From NCBI GenBank assembly GCA_041946805.1, contig JBHGBC010000003.1, positions 63,149 through 127,148 on the forward strand: 64,000 nucleotides of DNA. The letters run 5' to 3'. Shown one piece after another: positions 62,472 to 64,000 of the stretch. Made by a program: the position numbers and the translations under genes. The DNA is from a bacterium (lineage in GTDB: Bacteria; Hinthialibacterota; Hinthialibacteria; Hinthialibacterales; Hinthialibacteraceae). Below the pieces are notes generated by a model, which worked only from the letters and a program-made list of their open reading frames with translations, searched no databases and had not been told where the DNA came from. Within the stretch, counting starts at the first letter, position 1. Every line of letters begins with the position of its first letter.

Positions 62472-63668
62472 ATGAAACTAACCAAGCACGTCTGTGAAAA
62501 AGCCGTTTATTCAGGCGAGGGGAAATCCTGGATGGCGATCTGGGACGAGGAACTAAAGGGTTTCGGCCTGCGGATCACCCCGGCCGGCTGCAAGAGTTAT
62601 ATTGTCGCCTGCCGCGTTCACGGACGATTGAGGATATTCACCCTGGGACGGTTCGGCGTCCTCTCCGTGGACCAGGCGCGCAGAATGGCGCGCGAAAAAC
62701 TGGTGGAAGCCCTCCAGGGGAAGGATCCCGGGGAAGAGCGCCAGAAAGCCGTACTGGGCGACCGGATGAAAGACTTGTGCGCCGCGTACATGGAGAAGCA
62801 ATCCCTTCCCCATAAAAAATCCTGGTTGAAGGACCGACAACGAATCGACCAATATATTTTGCCTTCCCTGGGTAACTGTAAAATCGAAAGCATCCGCCGG
62901 CTAGACATCAAGAACTTGCATCAACGAATCGGAAACCAGGCGCCCTACCAGGCCAACCGCGTTTTATCCTTATGCTCGGCCCTGTTCAAATACGCCATGC
63001 GGATCGGCATGACCGTCGAAACGTTCATGAATCCTTGTTCCGGCGTGGAACGCTTCAAGGAAAAGTCCCGGGACCGCTGGGTGACGCATGAGGAAATGCC
63101 GCGCCTGTGGGAGGCCATCGAACGGGAACCCAACCGCTACATCCGCGCGGCCCTGCAATTGTTTATCTTGACTGGATTCCGTCGTTCTGAACTGCTGGGC
63201 CTGGAATGGATACATGTCAACCTGGAACAGAAACAAATTTATCTCGGGGACACGAAATCCGGCCGGCCGTTTTATGCCCCGCTCTCCGATCTGGCCGTGG
63301 ATATTTTCCGATCCATCCCCCGCGAAACCGGCAATCCATTCGTTTTCTGTTCAACCCAAAAGCCGGGACGGCACGTGGTCAACATTACAAAACAATGGGA
63401 TCGCATCCGCCGGGAAGCCGGTTTACAGGATGTCCGGTTGCATGACCTGCGCCGGACCTTCGGTTCCTGGTTGGCCACCGCCGGCAAGTCCCTGCCCCTG
63501 ATCGGCCGCGCCCTGAATCAATCCACGCAGCAAGTCACCGCGATTTACGCGCGGCTGGCCATGGATCCAATCCGGGAAGCCACGCAGGAGCATGCTCAAA
63601 AAATCTTGGACATCGTCCACTTGCGGAAAGAGAAGACCGGGATCAGCGGCGGGTCCGGCGAAAAGTGA
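62472..63668 (+). CDS. Tyrosine recombinase/integrase with N-terminal arm-DNA-binding domain
   Basis: WD.EL.GFGLRI...G.KSY; TGFRRSE; TKSG; HDLRRTF; TAIYA. Confidence 0.95.
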   Translation: MKLTKHVCEKAVYSGEGKSWMAIWDEELKGFGLRITPAGCKSYIVACRVHGRLRIFTLGRFGVLSVDQARRMAREKLVEALQGKDPGEERQKAVLGDRMKDLCAAYMEKQSLPHKKSWLKDRQRIDQYILPSLGNCKIESIRRLDIKNLHQRIGNQAPYQANRVLSLCSALFKYAMRIGMTVETFMNPCSGVERFKEKSRDRWVTHEEMPRLWEAIEREPNRYIRAALQLFILTGFRRSELLGLEWIHVNLEQKQIYLGDTKSGRPFYAPLSDLAVDIFRSIPRETGNPFVFCSTQKPGRHVVNITKQWDRIRREAGLQDVRLHDLRRTFGSWLATAGKSLPLIGRALNQSTQQVTAIYARLAMDPIREATQEHAQKILDIVHLRKEKTGISGGSGEK

Positions 63669-63731
63669 CGGCGGCCCCAGGCTGGCGTGTTACTGGTTAA
63701 CCCGGCCTGGATGGAATAAAGCATTACGAAA

Positions 63732-63949
63732 ATGGATATTCACGATCATCTATCAACCCATATCACCGAGCGGGATCTTGACTTCTTGTTTCTGGAGGAA
63801 TTTAACTGCAATAGCAATTTCAGAAATGGTTTTGGGTAGAAATGGATCAAGATACCCAAATCCCCATCTTTTCGGTTTCCGCTTTTCACAGTGTCTCGGA
63901 AAGTGGAGAGGCGTATGGTGAGACGGCCATCTTGGTGGATTATTATTGA
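63732..63949 (+). pseudogene. Frameshifted fragment resembling the N-terminus of a PD-(D/E)XK nuclease-like protein
   Basis: MDIHDHLSTHITERDLDFLFLEEFNCNSNFR, then a frameshift near 63826, then WFWVE...AFHSVSESG..GETAILV. Family assignment is from memory only. Confidence 0.5.
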
Positions 63950-64000
63950 GACTATCATAAATTACTCAACATGCGCTATACTATAAGAAACCTTATCCGG

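Overview
GC-rich bacterial chromosomal window from a diderm organism. It encodes secretins, an outer-membrane porin, MlaFED and LPS/O-antigen enzymes. A Hinthialibacterota/Sumerlaeota-like lineage is my inference from the pilin style and the C-terminal motifs, and is not verified. About 48 genes are present: groES-groEL, trxB, mlaEFD, radA plus a PIN/TRAM gene, an ACT/porin/Liv-type ABC/PaaK-like operon, glycosylation genes, many secreted carbohydrate-active or unknown proteins, and a tyrosine integrase followed by a nuclease pseudogene at the right edge. I saw no rRNA, tRNA or CRISPR array. Main observations: (1) three unrelated exported proteins end in the same 9-residue tail, T-x-[IV]-x-[END]-[WF]-x-[LV]-Y-stop, a candidate protein-sorting signal. 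(2) An operon encodes a TPR lipoprotein plus two secretins lacking N-domains, with no adjacent motor or platform genes. (3) Two MITE families show terminal inverted repeats and target-site duplications: three copies with 8-bp TSDs, and one with IS50-like ends and a perfect 9-bp TSD. Both carry boxC/REP-like palindromes. (4) A PaaK homologue has lost its catalytic motifs. (5) A beta-propeller sensor has only a Cys/His tail as cytoplasmic output.
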